Position numbers and translations under genes: made by a program. The notes beneath the pieces were generated by a model. It was not told the DNA's origin and searched no databases. It was given only the letters and a program-made list of their open reading frames with translations. 64,000 nucleotides of DNA, from the NCBI GenBank assembly GCA_017415805.1, contig JAFQEC010000004.1:2843-66842 (forward strand), written 5' to 3'. Origin of the DNA: Clostridia bacterium. GTDB taxonomy: Bacteria > Bacillota > Clostridia > Oscillospirales > CAG-272. Positions 36,152 through 44,108 of this stretch are shown here, one piece after another (positions within the stretch are counted from its first letter, which is position 1; the number at the start of each line of letters is the position of its first letter).

Positions 36152-37353
36152 ACGCGGCTCCGATCGGGCTTACCGCCGCCCACTACAATTCCGAGCAGCA
36201 GCCAGAGAAAATAGCATTTTACACCGGGGCCAAAGGGCGGCAAGCACTCGAAAAGGCTGTTCGCCAAATAGGCCGCCGCAATGAGCAGCAGCACGAAGCG
36301 CCAATCCTCGCCGTACACCGAGCGCCGACATGCGCGCACCAGCGGGTATAGCGCGACCGCAAAAAGAGGGATCGAAGCAAATATCCCAAACTGTATCAGT
36401 GTCGCAAACGGGAAGCAGTCGAGATAAAAATCACCGATACCGACCCCGTAATTTTCGCACAGGAGCGGCCAATAATCATGTAAAAGCGAGAGGCGGCCCG
36501 AGGAGATCGCGTCCAAGGATTCGTTTTCGCGCGAGACCAGCAAAATGCCGTCCACGAAAATCGAACGGAATTCCGCATGAAAGATCAGAAATGCCGCAAG
36601 GACCAGCACCGCAACGAGCAAGATATGCCGTTCCTTTGCCGACGGCTGAAATCTGCGCTGCAGAAGAAGGATCAGCAAGGTTACAACGGCAAAGGAAACG
36701 ATGGTTGCACGCGAGCGCAGAATGAAGAGAAGATAGATCAAAAACGCAGCACAGATGTATTTGAGCAACACAAGAATACGACCTTTTGGCCGAATCACCG
36801 TCAAAAGCAGGACGATCGCCACAAGAACGATCTGCGCAAAGGAGTTTTTCGATCTGTATACATACAGCTCGGCAAAAACATCCTCGTTTCCCACAAAGAA
36901 CTGAATGTAGATCGCCAAAGCCACCGCAAGTGCGCTGATCACATACACCAGAGCAACATGTCGCAGTACTTCCTTTGTGACATAGCGTGCACACAGCGCT
37001 CCGATCAAAAACACAAAGACTGAAAGATAGAAGGAATAGGTCGTGGCACTTTCAAAATACGGATGCTCGAAAAAAATCGTATACAGTGCCAACATAACAC
37101 TGAACACAAGCGCACAGGAAAGCACGACGATCACATCCCGATGCAAGGAAAATGACCGCGCCATAGCCAGAAAAAGCGCGAGCAGGATCCACGCCGGAAT
37201 GGCCAAAAACTGCGTTGCGCCCGCATCCACGAGCTCGGGATGCTGCGAGATATTTGTCAAAAAGCACACAAAAGCAAGCACAAGGGTCAGCAGGCTTACC
37301 TTTGCGGAATTTTTGTTTGTTTTCAACTCGTTTTCCAAAATGTACTCCTTCAA
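36148..37353 (-). CDS. Wzy/O-antigen-ligase-like polymerase membrane protein
   Basis: 401 aa polytopic protein with a large loop near residues 270-300. The call rests on its position between the flippase and the GT genes. Confidence 0.55.
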   Translation of the reverse strand: MKEYILENELKTNKNSAKVSLLTLVLAFVCFLTNISQHPELVDAGATQFLAIPAWILLALFLAMARSFSLHRDVIVVLSCALVFSVMLALYTIFFEHPYFESATTYSFYLSVFVFLIGALCARYVTKEVLRHVALVYVISALAVALAIYIQFFVGNEDVFAELYVYRSKNSFAQIVLVAIVLLLTVIRPKGRILVLLKYICAAFLIYLLFILRSRATIVSFAVVTLLILLLQRRFQPSAKERHILLVAVLVLAAFLIFHAEFRSIFVDGILLVSRENESLDAISSGRLSLLHDYWPLLCENYGVGIGDFYLDCFPFATLIQFGIFASIPLFAVALYPLVRACRRSVYGEDWRFVLLLIAAAYLANSLFECLPPFGPGVKCYFLWLLLGIVVGGGKPDRSRV

Positions 37354-38474
37354 GATTGGGATACGGGCACGGCACTACCAGACGGATCAAGAAGCTCGAG
37401 ATGCCGTTTGACCATACACTCAATGGTATAGGAACGGATGGTTTCCAGTGCCGCGTGGCTCATGCCTGCCAGCTGCGCGGGAGACGCAAACGCGCGCGTG
37501 ATGGCGTCGCCGAGCGCGGTGCTGTCCGCGGGCGGTACCAAAAAGCCGTTTTCGCCCTCGCGCACCAGCTCCAGCCCTGCAATACAGCGCGTGGTCGTCA
37601 CAACGGGGAGCGCCGCGGCCATCGCCTCGTTGACCACGAGGCCCCAAATATCCTCGCGCGTGGGAAGCACAAACAGATCCGCCGCACGGTAATACCGTTG
37701 CAGCGCATCCTTTGCGCAAAAGCCGACAAAATGTACGTTGGTCAGCGCGTGCTTCTCTACAAACGCCGTGTACTCCTCGGTCGGTGTGCCACCGACAAAA
37801 TAAAAGCCGATGTCACGCGGCAATCCGCGTGCCGCATCTAGCAAGACGTCAAAGCCCTTGCGCGGAATAAACTGACCGACCGCAAGGACGATCCGCTTTT
37901 CCTTGATATTCAACATCTCACGCAAAGCGGCCTTCCCCTCGGGCGTGACGGGCGCATCCGCCACGTCGGACGCAAACAGCGAGGTAAAGGGATAGCGGTG
38001 AATGCGCGCGGGATCTGCGCCGTAGGTAAGATAATAGCGGTCGTGCTCATCGGCGGTGGAAAAATAGCCCTTTGCCCCCGCGATGATCCATCTTTTGATG
38101 CGCGCCTTTATGCCCTTGGAGCTTCCCGCAAAGCCGCCGTCACTTTCCAAGTAATAGGGGATGCGATGCCGCTTCATATAAGAGACAGCAAGCATGCCCG
38201 TGGGCGTTGTGAAATCGGAGCAGATGATGCGATCAAAGGAGCGATCCTTGACGTAGCGCAGCACCCCGGGGCAAATTGCCATATCCGTGCTTGTGGAAGG
38301 CCCCTTCAAAAAAACGCCGTTAAAACGCCGAAATTCGTCGCCCTTCCACTCCTTATTCCTCTCTCTGGAGCGCTCCTTCTCAAACAGCACCGTAAGCTCA
38401 CAGTGCTTGCCCAGCTCATTGAAGAAGTGCACGCGGTAGGGCGAGGGAATGTTTGTCAAAAACAGAATTTTCAT
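37350..38474 (-). CDS. Family-4 glycosyltransferase (GT-B)
   Basis: 374 aa. The C-terminal half has PTREDIWGLVVNEAMAAALPVVTT (EX7E-type motif). Confidence 0.75.
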   Translation of the reverse strand: MKILFLTNIPSPYRVHFFNELGKHCELTVLFEKERSRERNKEWKGDEFRRFNGVFLKGPSTSTDMAICPGVLRYVKDRSFDRIICSDFTTPTGMLAVSYMKRHRIPYYLESDGGFAGSSKGIKARIKRWIIAGAKGYFSTADEHDRYYLTYGADPARIHRYPFTSLFASDVADAPVTPEGKAALREMLNIKEKRIVLAVGQFIPRKGFDVLLDAARGLPRDIGFYFVGGTPTEEYTAFVEKHALTNVHFVGFCAKDALQRYYRAADLFVLPTREDIWGLVVNEAMAAALPVVTTTRCIAGLELVREGENGFLVPPADSTALGDAITRAFASPAQLAGMSHAALETIRSYTIECMVKRHLELLDPSGSAVPVSQS

Positions 38475-39661
38475 ATCCGACTCACCTCGCGGTACAGGTC
38501 AATATACGCCGCAAAGCGTTTGTTCTTATTCCACTCCTCGTGCGCCTGTACGGTGTGCGGCTCGGTGCTTTGCAAAATATGTGCCACGGTTTCGATATCC
38601 CCCTTCTCGACCACGGTGCCCGAGTCGGGGTCCAGCGTCTCGGGACTGCCGCCCGTGCGATACGTGATCACAGGTGTACCGCAGGCCTGCGCCTCAAGAT
38701 TGACCATGGACAATGTTTCCTGATACGTCGGATTTACAAACCAATCCGCCGCCGTGTAAATTTCGGCAAGCGCGCGTACGCTATCTGTACGCGTGATGCC
38801 GAGGATGTTGGGGGGCAACGCCGCCCTTTGTTCCTCTGTCAGGCCCACCAGCACAATTTGGAATCGGTCATCCAGCATGGCGGAAAGGCGCACGAAATCA
38901 TCGAGTCCCTTGTATTTTTGCCACGCACTCGCAACACCGAGCACCACTTTCTTATTCTCAATGCCGTGTCGCGCACGAAAATCACTCTCACACGGTTGAA
39001 AGGCGGACAGGTCAATACCGTTTGGGATCACACGTATCGGTGTCTTGGCAAAAAAAGACTGTGCGGCCAGATCCGCAAGCCAGCGCGAGGGTGTGACCAG
39101 TATCAGATTTTCAAGCGATGCAAACAGCCCGCGCTTGTGCACAAGATTACGAGCGGAGCGATCGAGGAAAAGCGACTTGGGATATCCCCGTTTTTGCGGA
39201 CACCCGCTGCACGCCTGTGCGCGCCATTTCTCACACCCCACCATATCGAAATGTGAGCAGTGTCCCGTAAAGCTCCAGCAATCGTGCAGTGTCCAGATCA
39301 CGGGCTTGCCTGATTCGCGCAAATAGTCAAACAAGACCTTGATGTTGATGTAATAGCCGTGGATGTTATGCAGATGGATCACGTCGGGGTCGTACGCCTG
39401 CACCCACCGGATAAATTTCTTGGTGGCGTGTCCGCTGCCAAGGCCCGCGGAATCAAACAGACGTGCGCGAAGTGCATGCCGCTTCACATCCCGATCGTTC
39501 CCGATGCGCACCGCATATTTTTGATGCTGCGCGAGCACATGCTCGCGACCGTATGCGATCTTGCACTCGTGCCCCGCACGCTCCAGCAGCTCGGCAAGAT
39601 CGGTGCAGATCCTGCCCGTGCTGCGAATGCCGCAAACCGAGTTGATCTGTAAAACCCTCAT
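38471..39661 (-). CDS. Family-4 glycosyltransferase (GT-B), first gene of the locus
   Basis: 396 aa from MRVLQINSVCG. NPTYQETLSMVNLEAQACGTPVI is a GT-B motif. Confidence 0.7.
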   Translation of the reverse strand: MRVLQINSVCGIRSTGRICTDLAELLERAGHECKIAYGREHVLAQHQKYAVRIGNDRDVKRHALRARLFDSAGLGSGHATKKFIRWVQAYDPDVIHLHNIHGYYINIKVLFDYLRESGKPVIWTLHDCWSFTGHCSHFDMVGCEKWRAQACSGCPQKRGYPKSLFLDRSARNLVHKRGLFASLENLILVTPSRWLADLAAQSFFAKTPIRVIPNGIDLSAFQPCESDFRARHGIENKKVVLGVASAWQKYKGLDDFVRLSAMLDDRFQIVLVGLTEEQRAALPPNILGITRTDSVRALAEIYTAADWFVNPTYQETLSMVNLEAQACGTPVITYRTGGSPETLDPDSGTVVEKGDIETVAHILQSTEPHTVQAHEEWNKNKRFAAYIDLYREVSRI

Positions 39662-39786
39662 AGCTTCGTCTCCCATTCCGTTTGAAACATGCCCAAATTC
39701 CTCTGCCTCACTTGCGCGCCGCACCTGTCCTTTATCGCATCCGTGCAGTGAGTGGAGAAGTGCTTAAACTCAAAATATCTTTATAT

Positions 39787-39815
39787 ATTATATCACGCGC
39801 GTGCGCTTATGTCAA
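39787..39815 (-). promoter_or_regulatory. Promoter of the polysaccharide operon
   Basis: On the minus strand: TTGACA, 17 nt, TATAAT, with a TGa extension. It lies about 120 nt upstream of the first GT gene. Confidence 0.6.
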
Positions 39816-40100
39816 CTGCAAGAAACGATAATATTAAGGGGGTGAGATCGCCAAGGCTCCGCAAAACGCGGTTCACAAGAACCAAGCCCACGCGCTGTGC
39901 AGGGGCTTGGTTCTCGCATTTCCAATTCTTTTTCTACATTTTCCAACTTTTGATATTTCTCGTTCTATTTTCAATTCTCTCTCTTTCTCGTTTTTGTTCT
40001 GCTCTCCCCCTCTTTTTTCGACCTTCCCCGTTTTGAGAAAGAGAAACGCCATCACAGCAACACTCTAACGGCTTACTTGTTCGCACTTTGCTATGGCAAA

Positions 40101-40252
40101 GAGAGAGGACGGCTACGCCTATTCGCCACGCCAAGTCCTGCGGACTTGCTATGAAGATGCGTTTGGTGCCCACGGGGCTCCATTCGCTTCGCGAACCGCG
40201 CATCTTCCCCTCGCCGCCACTTTGTGGCTGCGCGGTTTCTCTGTACCCTCTC
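40101..40252. repeat. Structured tandem repeat, unit 1
   Basis: Near-identical to 40297-40448 (196-bp offset) outside a 17-nt patch at 40161-40177. Internal hairpins are CAAGTCC/GGACTTG, GAAGATGCG/CGCATCTTC, TTCGC/GCGAA and GCCAC/GTGGC. Confidence 0.85.
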
Positions 40253-40290
40253 CGCCATAGCAAAAGGGCACCCGATTGGGTGCCCTTTTC
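40253..40290. terminator. Terminator-like hairpin between the repeat units
   Basis: AAAAGGGCACCC-GATT-GGGTGCCCTTTT hairpin. Confidence 0.6.
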
Positions 40291-40296
40291 TTGTGA

Positions 40297-40448
40297 GAGA
40301 GAGGACGGCTACGCCTATTCGCCACGCCAAGTCCTGCGGACTTGCTCTGAAGATGCTCTTGTCGCCAAAGCGGCTCCATTCGCTTTGCGAACCGCGCATC
40401 TTCCCCTCGCCGCCACTTTGTGGCTGCGCGGTTTCTCTGTACCCTCTC
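40297..40448. repeat. Structured tandem repeat, unit 2
   Basis: Copy of 40101-40252. The variable patch lies at 40357-40373. Confidence 0.85.
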
Positions 40449-40491
40449 TTTGCCATAGCAAAAGGGCACCCGTTTGGGTGCCCTTTTGCTA
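40449..40491 (-). terminator. tRNA-Ser terminator (20-bp perfect hairpin)
   Basis: GCCATAGCAAAAGGGCACCC-GTTT-GGGTGCCCTTTTGCTATGGC hairpin directly after the tRNA CCA end. Confidence 0.75.
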
Positions 40492-40583
40492 TGGCGGAGA
40501 GAGAGGGATTCGAACCCTCGTTGGGGTATTAGCCCAAACACGATTTCCAGTCGTGCGCCTTAGACCAGCTCAGCCATCTCTCC
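40492..40583 (-). tRNA. tRNA-Ser (anticodon GGA)
   Basis: 92 nt. Acceptor stem GGAGAGA/TCTCTCC, anticodon loop CUGGAAA, long variable arm, GGTTCGAATCC T-arm, and an encoded CCA. Confidence 0.9.
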
Positions 40584-40599
40584 TTGCTGTGACTTATAT

Positions 40600-40628
40600 A
40601 TCATACCAAAAAACACGCAAAATGTCAA
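40600..40628 (-). promoter_or_regulatory. tRNA-Ser promoter
   Basis: On the minus strand: TTGACA, 17 nt, TATGAT (TGg extended). It lies about 10 nt before the tRNA 5' end. Confidence 0.7.
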
Positions 40629-40678
40629 GAGCAAACGGGAAAGTTTTTTGACATTTTTTGTGCAACGTCAAAAGAAGG

Positions 40679-40707
40679 AAAAGAGCGCCGCGAACGGCGC
40701 TCTTTTT
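40679..40707 (-). terminator. Terminator after rpmA
   Basis: AAAAGAGCGCCG-CGAA-CGGCGCTCTTTT hairpin. Confidence 0.85.
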
Positions 40708-40712
40708 CAAAA

Positions 40713-40991
40713 TCAGTCGGCGTAAACGCTGACCTGCTTCTTGTCCTTGGTCTTCTGCTCAAAGCGGACCTTGCCCGCGATCAGAGCGAACAGGGTGTCA
40801 TCCTTGCCGATGCCGACGTTGTTGCCGGGGTGGATGGCGGTACCGCGCTGGCGAACGATGATGCTGCCTGCCGTAACGGTCTCGCCGTCGGCTGCCTTCA
40901 CGCCAAGACGCTTGGACTCACTATCACGACCGTTCTTGGTCGAACCAACGCCCTTCTTGTGGGCGAAGAACTGCAAGCTAATTCTTAACAT
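40713..40991 (-). CDS. rpmA: 50S ribosomal protein L27 (with cleavable N-terminal extension)
   Basis: [24 protein letters not shown] shows the Firmicute pro-sequence before the AHKK motif. Confidence 0.95.
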   Translation of the reverse strand: MLRISLQFFAHKKGVGSTKNGRDSESKRLGVKAADGETVTAGSIIVRQRGTAIHPGNNVGIGKDDTLFALIAGKVRFEQKTKDKKQVSVYAD

Positions 40992-41024
40992 TGTGCGTTT
41001 CCTCCTTCAAAAATAGGGTGAACC

Positions 41025-41402
41025 TCAAAAATCACGATCCTCGACCTTGATCTTGAAGCCGCTGTCCTTGGTAAACTCGTACATGTCGTCGTGCAGAAGC
41101 ATATCCTCAAGCATCCGGTAGTAGGTGAGGAACAGCCCCGATACGGCGAAGCGTACGCGCTCGTCCGCCTCGTAGGCGGGCAATGCCGAGCGGGAACGGA
41201 CGGTGATCACCGTGTCGTCCTCGTTGATGTCATAGCGGACCTCGCCGCCGTAGACCTCCTCGATGGCATCGACAATGTACATGGTGATCGACGAGAGCAT
41301 GGCACAAAACGGGTCGTTGCCGTATTCGGCGTACGCCACGTGGCCACTCTCCTCAAAGCCGTAAAAGATTCCGTCGCTTCGGAAAAATGTGATGGTCGTC
41401 AT
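41025..41402 (-). CDS. prp: Ribosomal-processing cysteine protease Prp
   Basis: 125 aa between rplU and rpmA, with the SGHVAYAEYGNDPFCAMLSS His/Cys dyad pattern. Confidence 0.75.
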   Translation of the reverse strand: MTTITFFRSDGIFYGFEESGHVAYAEYGNDPFCAMLSSITMYIVDAIEEVYGGEVRYDINEDDTVITVRSRSALPAYEADERVRFAVSGLFLTYYRMLEDMLLHDDMYEFTKDSGFKIKVEDRDF

Positions 41403-41410
41403 AGGGACGA

Positions 41411-41722
41411 TCAGCCCTCGATAGCCGTGATCTGCACCTTGGTGTAGGGCTGACGGTGACCGAGCTTCTTCTTCTCGTTCTTCTTTGCCTTGTACTTGAA
41501 GACCGTGATCTTCTTTGCCTTGCCCTGCTTGACAACGGTTGCGGTAACCTTTGCGCCTTCCACATCGGGCGTGCCGATCTTCAGTGCGCCGTCACGGGAC
41601 AGAGCCTTGACCGCGGTGAACTCCACGGTTGCGTTCTCCTCAACGTCGAGCTTTTCCACAAAAATGATGTCGCCCTCGTTGACCTTGTACTGCTTTCCGC
41701 CGGTTTCAATAATTGCGTACAC
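41411..41722 (-). CDS. rplU: 50S ribosomal protein L21
   Basis: GTG 41722 ([14 protein letters not shown]) lies 8 nt after an AGAGAGG RBS. The longer GTG 41731 start would leave no room for an RBS. Confidence 0.9.
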   Translation of the reverse strand: MYAIIETGGKQYKVNEGDIIFVEKLDVEENATVEFTAVKALSRDGALKIGTPDVEGAKVTATVVKQGKAKKITVFKYKAKKNEKKKLGHRQPYTKVQITAIEG

Positions 41723-41805
41723 GAAAAGCACCTCTCTTTCTTCATAGACTCGCTGATTTCAGGCGGTATCCAAAGGATACACTTGTGGGCCTTTTTCATG
41801 CGGCA
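41723..41805 (-). promoter_or_regulatory. Possible L21 ribosomal-protein leader
   Basis: An ~80-nt 5' UTR between the promoter and rplU with a GTATCC-TTTG-GATAC hairpin. The call rests on position only. Confidence 0.3.
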
Positions 41806-41809
41806 AATT

Positions 41810-41839
41810 ATTATAGCACAGAAAGCACGCAAATGTCAA
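41810..41839 (-). promoter_or_regulatory. rplU operon promoter (inside the 3' end of vanZ)
   Basis: On the minus strand: TTGACA, 18 nt, TATAAT, with a TGc extension. Confidence 0.7.
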
Positions 41840-42318
41840 GGGTTTTTTTCATTTATTTCCGATTTTTTTCGCTCCTTGCGCGCACACAGCGCGTAAAACA
41901 GCAGCAGCGCACCGCAAAAGAACACAATTCCCGCAAGACCGCCTGCGGTGTCCAGCAAAACATCAAGAAACGACGGGCCGCGATCGGGCGAGAGGAGCTG
42001 CAAAAGCTCATCCACACAGCCCACCGCAAAGACCGCCAAAAGTGCCCACGGAGCGAAATGGCGAAACTCAAAGGAAACAAGCGTGAGCGCGGCAAGAACG
42101 CCCAGCACTGCAAACTCACAAAAATGCGCCATTTTTCGCACCGTTTCGTGCTCAAATCGCGTTTCGCTGCCCGCCGATGCTAAAAATCCATTGAGGGTCT
42201 CGACCACGCCGCCGCTGGTCTGGGCAGACTCCGTGCCCGAGGCCAGTGAGAAATGCCAGATAAAGCCGCACCACAAAACCGTGGCCGCCAGCAGCACCCA
42301 TGGCAACACGCGCCGCAT
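41836..42318 (-). CDS. VanZ-family membrane protein
   Basis: 160 aa with VRKMAHFCEFAVLG, DELLQL and DVLLDTAG motifs. Confidence 0.75.
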   Translation of the reverse strand: MRRVLPWVLLAATVLWCGFIWHFSLASGTESAQTSGGVVETLNGFLASAGSETRFEHETVRKMAHFCEFAVLGVLAALTLVSFEFRHFAPWALLAVFAVGCVDELLQLLSPDRGPSFLDVLLDTAGGLAGIVFFCGALLLFYALCARKERKKSEINEKNP

Positions 42319-42499
42319 TTGCTCCGCCTCCTTTCAAAAAGCTCTTGCTTTTCCCACAAAAGTATGCTATACTAATGAGGTATTTGATGCGCACATACGC
42401 AATCCCCCACATTCTTTTCTATGCCAAGATAGCATAAAAGATTTGCCAAATTGTGAACGCGCGCACAAAAGTCAACGCTCCGCACCGACAATTGCATAC

Positions 42500-42574
42500 G
42501 CCTGCATAGTTAAATGGATATAACAACCCCCTCCTAAGGGGTAGTTACAGGTTCGATTCCTGTTGCGGGTGCCA
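42500..42574 (+). tRNA. tRNA-Arg (anticodon CCT)
   Basis: 75 nt. D-arm GTTA/TAAC, anticodon stem ACCCC/GGGGT with loop CTCCTAA, T-arm ACAGG-TTCGATT-CCTGT, and an encoded CCA. The acceptor stem has two G-U pairs (1-72 and 4-69). Confidence 0.75.
42531..42574 (+). repeat. Direct repeat, left copy (attL-like; 3' part of tRNA-Arg)
   Basis: CTCCTAAGGGGTAGTTACAGGTTCGATTCCTGTTGCGGGTGCCA. It matches 44891-44934 at 42 of 44 positions. Confidence 0.85.
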
Positions 42575-42605
42575 CAGGGCAGTCAATTAGGGCTGCCCTT
42601 TTTAA
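42575..42605 (+). terminator. tRNA-Arg terminator
   Basis: AGGGCAG...CTGCCCT hairpin followed by TTTTT. Confidence 0.7.
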
Positions 42606-42716
42606 TTTGCATCACCATTTATATCTGAAAAAATTAAATTGTCCACCTTTTGTCACCCTACATTTAACAAAATATGTGCTATAATTAAATTACAATCTCA
42701 TAGAAAGGAGAATTTT

Positions 42717-42905
42717 ATGTTGAACCAAGAAGAAAAAAAGTATCAGGATTTTATCAATAAATTCAAACGCTCTTTGGCGGAATTGGAAAGAGATTTTGCT
42801 GAATTGTCCGAAATCAATAAACCAAGAGCTGCAACAGAACTTGTTGAGTTTGTTGGAAAGCAAACTGTATTGAAAATGGCAATGTCGGCAATAAGTGGCA
42901 GATAA
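42717..42905 (+). CDS. Hypothetical small helical protein (62 aa)
   Basis: ATG 42717 follows an AAAGGAGAA RBS. An extended -10 (TGcTATAAT) lies upstream. The protein is charged and coiled-coil-like, with no recognisable motif. Confidence 0.45.
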   Translation: MLNQEEKKYQDFINKFKRSLAELERDFAELSEINKPRAATELVEFVGKQTVLKMAMSAISGR

Positions 42906-42917
42906 TACAGCTTCCCG

Positions 42918-42946
42918 TTGACAAATTCTCAAACATATGGTACAAT
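42918..42946 (+). promoter_or_regulatory. Strong promoter inside the islet
   Basis: TTGACA (42918-42923), 17 nt, TACAAT (42941-42946), with a TGg extension. Confidence 0.75.
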
Positions 42947-42952
42947 AATTGC

Positions 42953-43111
42953 GCTACACAAATCGAATACCTTTAGTCCAGAGTGGGTATTTTTATCTAT
43001 GGTAAAAATGCATACTCCCTTTTCTGCGTGCTCTGGCTAGTGGTAAAGATTTGTGTAGCAACAATTGGAGATGCGTTTTTCGTGCGTCTCTGATTGGGGC
43101 GCACTTTTTTT
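42953..43111 (+). ncRNA. Unassigned structured leader: 107-nt rod closed by a 12-bp helix, plus alternative antiterminator/terminator hairpins
   Basis: GCTACACAAATC (42953-42964) pairs with GATTTGTGTAGC (43048-43059), with inner CCAGAG/CTCTGG pairing. Hairpin 43068-43090 and terminator 43082-43104 (followed by T7) share nt 43083-43090. Confidence 0.5.
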
Positions 43112-43135
43112 ATTTTACTTTTGGAGGATTTAAAA

Positions 43136-43915
43136 ATGGCATTTCAAAGATACGATGGATTTGTAGGGAGCGCACCACAAAAGAAAATGGATAACGGCCT
43201 TCCCAAGTGTCCTTTCTGTGGAGAACACCCACACTGGTTATTGGATTTACAATCGGGCTTTACGGCAACAATGACGTGTATGTGTGAAAAATGCGGTGGA
43301 AAATTATACTCGGAAAATCACGGATTTTCTTTTGATGATAACATGCGAATTGTAGATGTTGGCACCAAAAATCTAAATAATCTCCCATTAAATTCCGTAT
43401 ATCACATTAAATCATTGAACACGATAGCACAAAATACTTTTTACAATGGTGGACAACAGTCCAATCCCTCGACCGGTGGATTTGAAGCGACATCACACAC
43501 TACATATACACCATCATATACGGAACAGAAATCTAAAAATAACAAAACTGCTGTTGCAGTCATTTCTGTAATATCGATCATATTGTTTATTGGTATAATG
43601 GCTTGGATTTTATTGCCCGGTGGCGGAGGTAATAAGATAGATGTTGTTGTAAATTCCTCTTCTATGCAAGTCGAAGAATTGTTTGGAACTTACACAGCAA
43701 CGGTTACGGGTAAAATCACTAATAACTCGTCAAGCACACTAGATTACGTGCAGATTACAATTTCCTTGTATGATAGTGCAGGTAATGTCGTAGGTACGGC
43801 AATTGATAATCAGTTGAATTTAGGTGCAGGAGAAACTTGGAATTTCTCTGCTATGGGTATGAGTTCTACTACACGACCAGTTTCTTGCAAAGTCACAGAT
43901 GTAACATATTATTGA
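43136..43915 (+). CDS. Membrane protein: N-terminal zinc ribbon, one TM helix, C-terminal FxLYD domain
   Basis: ATG 43136 lies 8 nt after GGAGG. Zinc ribbon CPFC...CEKC, TM helix AVAVISVISIILFIGIMAWILL, and VTGKITNNSSSTLDYVQITISLYDSAGNVVG...GETWNF, which fits the FxLYD pattern. Confidence 0.7.
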   Translation: MAFQRYDGFVGSAPQKKMDNGLPKCPFCGEHPHWLLDLQSGFTATMTCMCEKCGGKLYSENHGFSFDDNMRIVDVGTKNLNNLPLNSVYHIKSLNTIAQNTFYNGGQQSNPSTGGFEATSHTTYTPSYTEQKSKNNKTAVAVISVISIILFIGIMAWILLPGGGGNKIDVVVNSSSMQVEELFGTYTATVTGKITNNSSSTLDYVQITISLYDSAGNVVGTAIDNQLNLGAGETWNFSAMGMSSTTRPVSCKVTDVTYY

Positions 43916-43950
43916 TTTCGTAAGGTGGGTATCCCACTTACGAAACTTTC
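43916..43950 (+). terminator. Terminator after the FxLYD gene
   Basis: A 14-bp perfect stem (TTTCGTAAGGTGGG-TAT-CCCACTTACGAAA). The T-run is weak. Confidence 0.6.
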
Positions 43951-44108
43951 GGAGAGGGCGAAAAATTGACGCGTGACGGCAAATTGATCCCTCTCCTTAT
44001 CCTGTTTCCTAAAATGATAAATTCAATGACTTGTGTACCTGTATAAATACATTGATTAATTGACAATTTTATGATATAATTATCAAAATAAAATTGAGAG
44101 AGTAAATA

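Noticed and set aside
40101-40448. Possibility that the tandem units form a CRISPR array.
   Set aside because: There are only two units. The conserved part is about 135 nt and the variable part is only 17 nt, of identical length and 10/17 identical. No cas genes or leader are present, so the architecture is the inverse of repeat-spacer organisation.
40088-40651. A 187-aa plus-strand ORF (and several ~100-130-aa ORFs on both strands) across the tandem repeats and tRNA-Ser.
   Set aside because: It reads straight through a tRNA gene and perfect hairpins. The apparent protein repeats merely mirror the DNA repeat, and there is no RBS.
42953-43059. Possibility that the long inverted-repeat RNA is a retron msr/msd, a type III antitoxin repeat, or a MITE.
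   Set aside because: There is no reverse transcriptase or toxin gene adjacent, no tandem repetition, and no target-site duplication. The position between a promoter and a terminator/antiterminator pair fits a cis-regulatory leader better.
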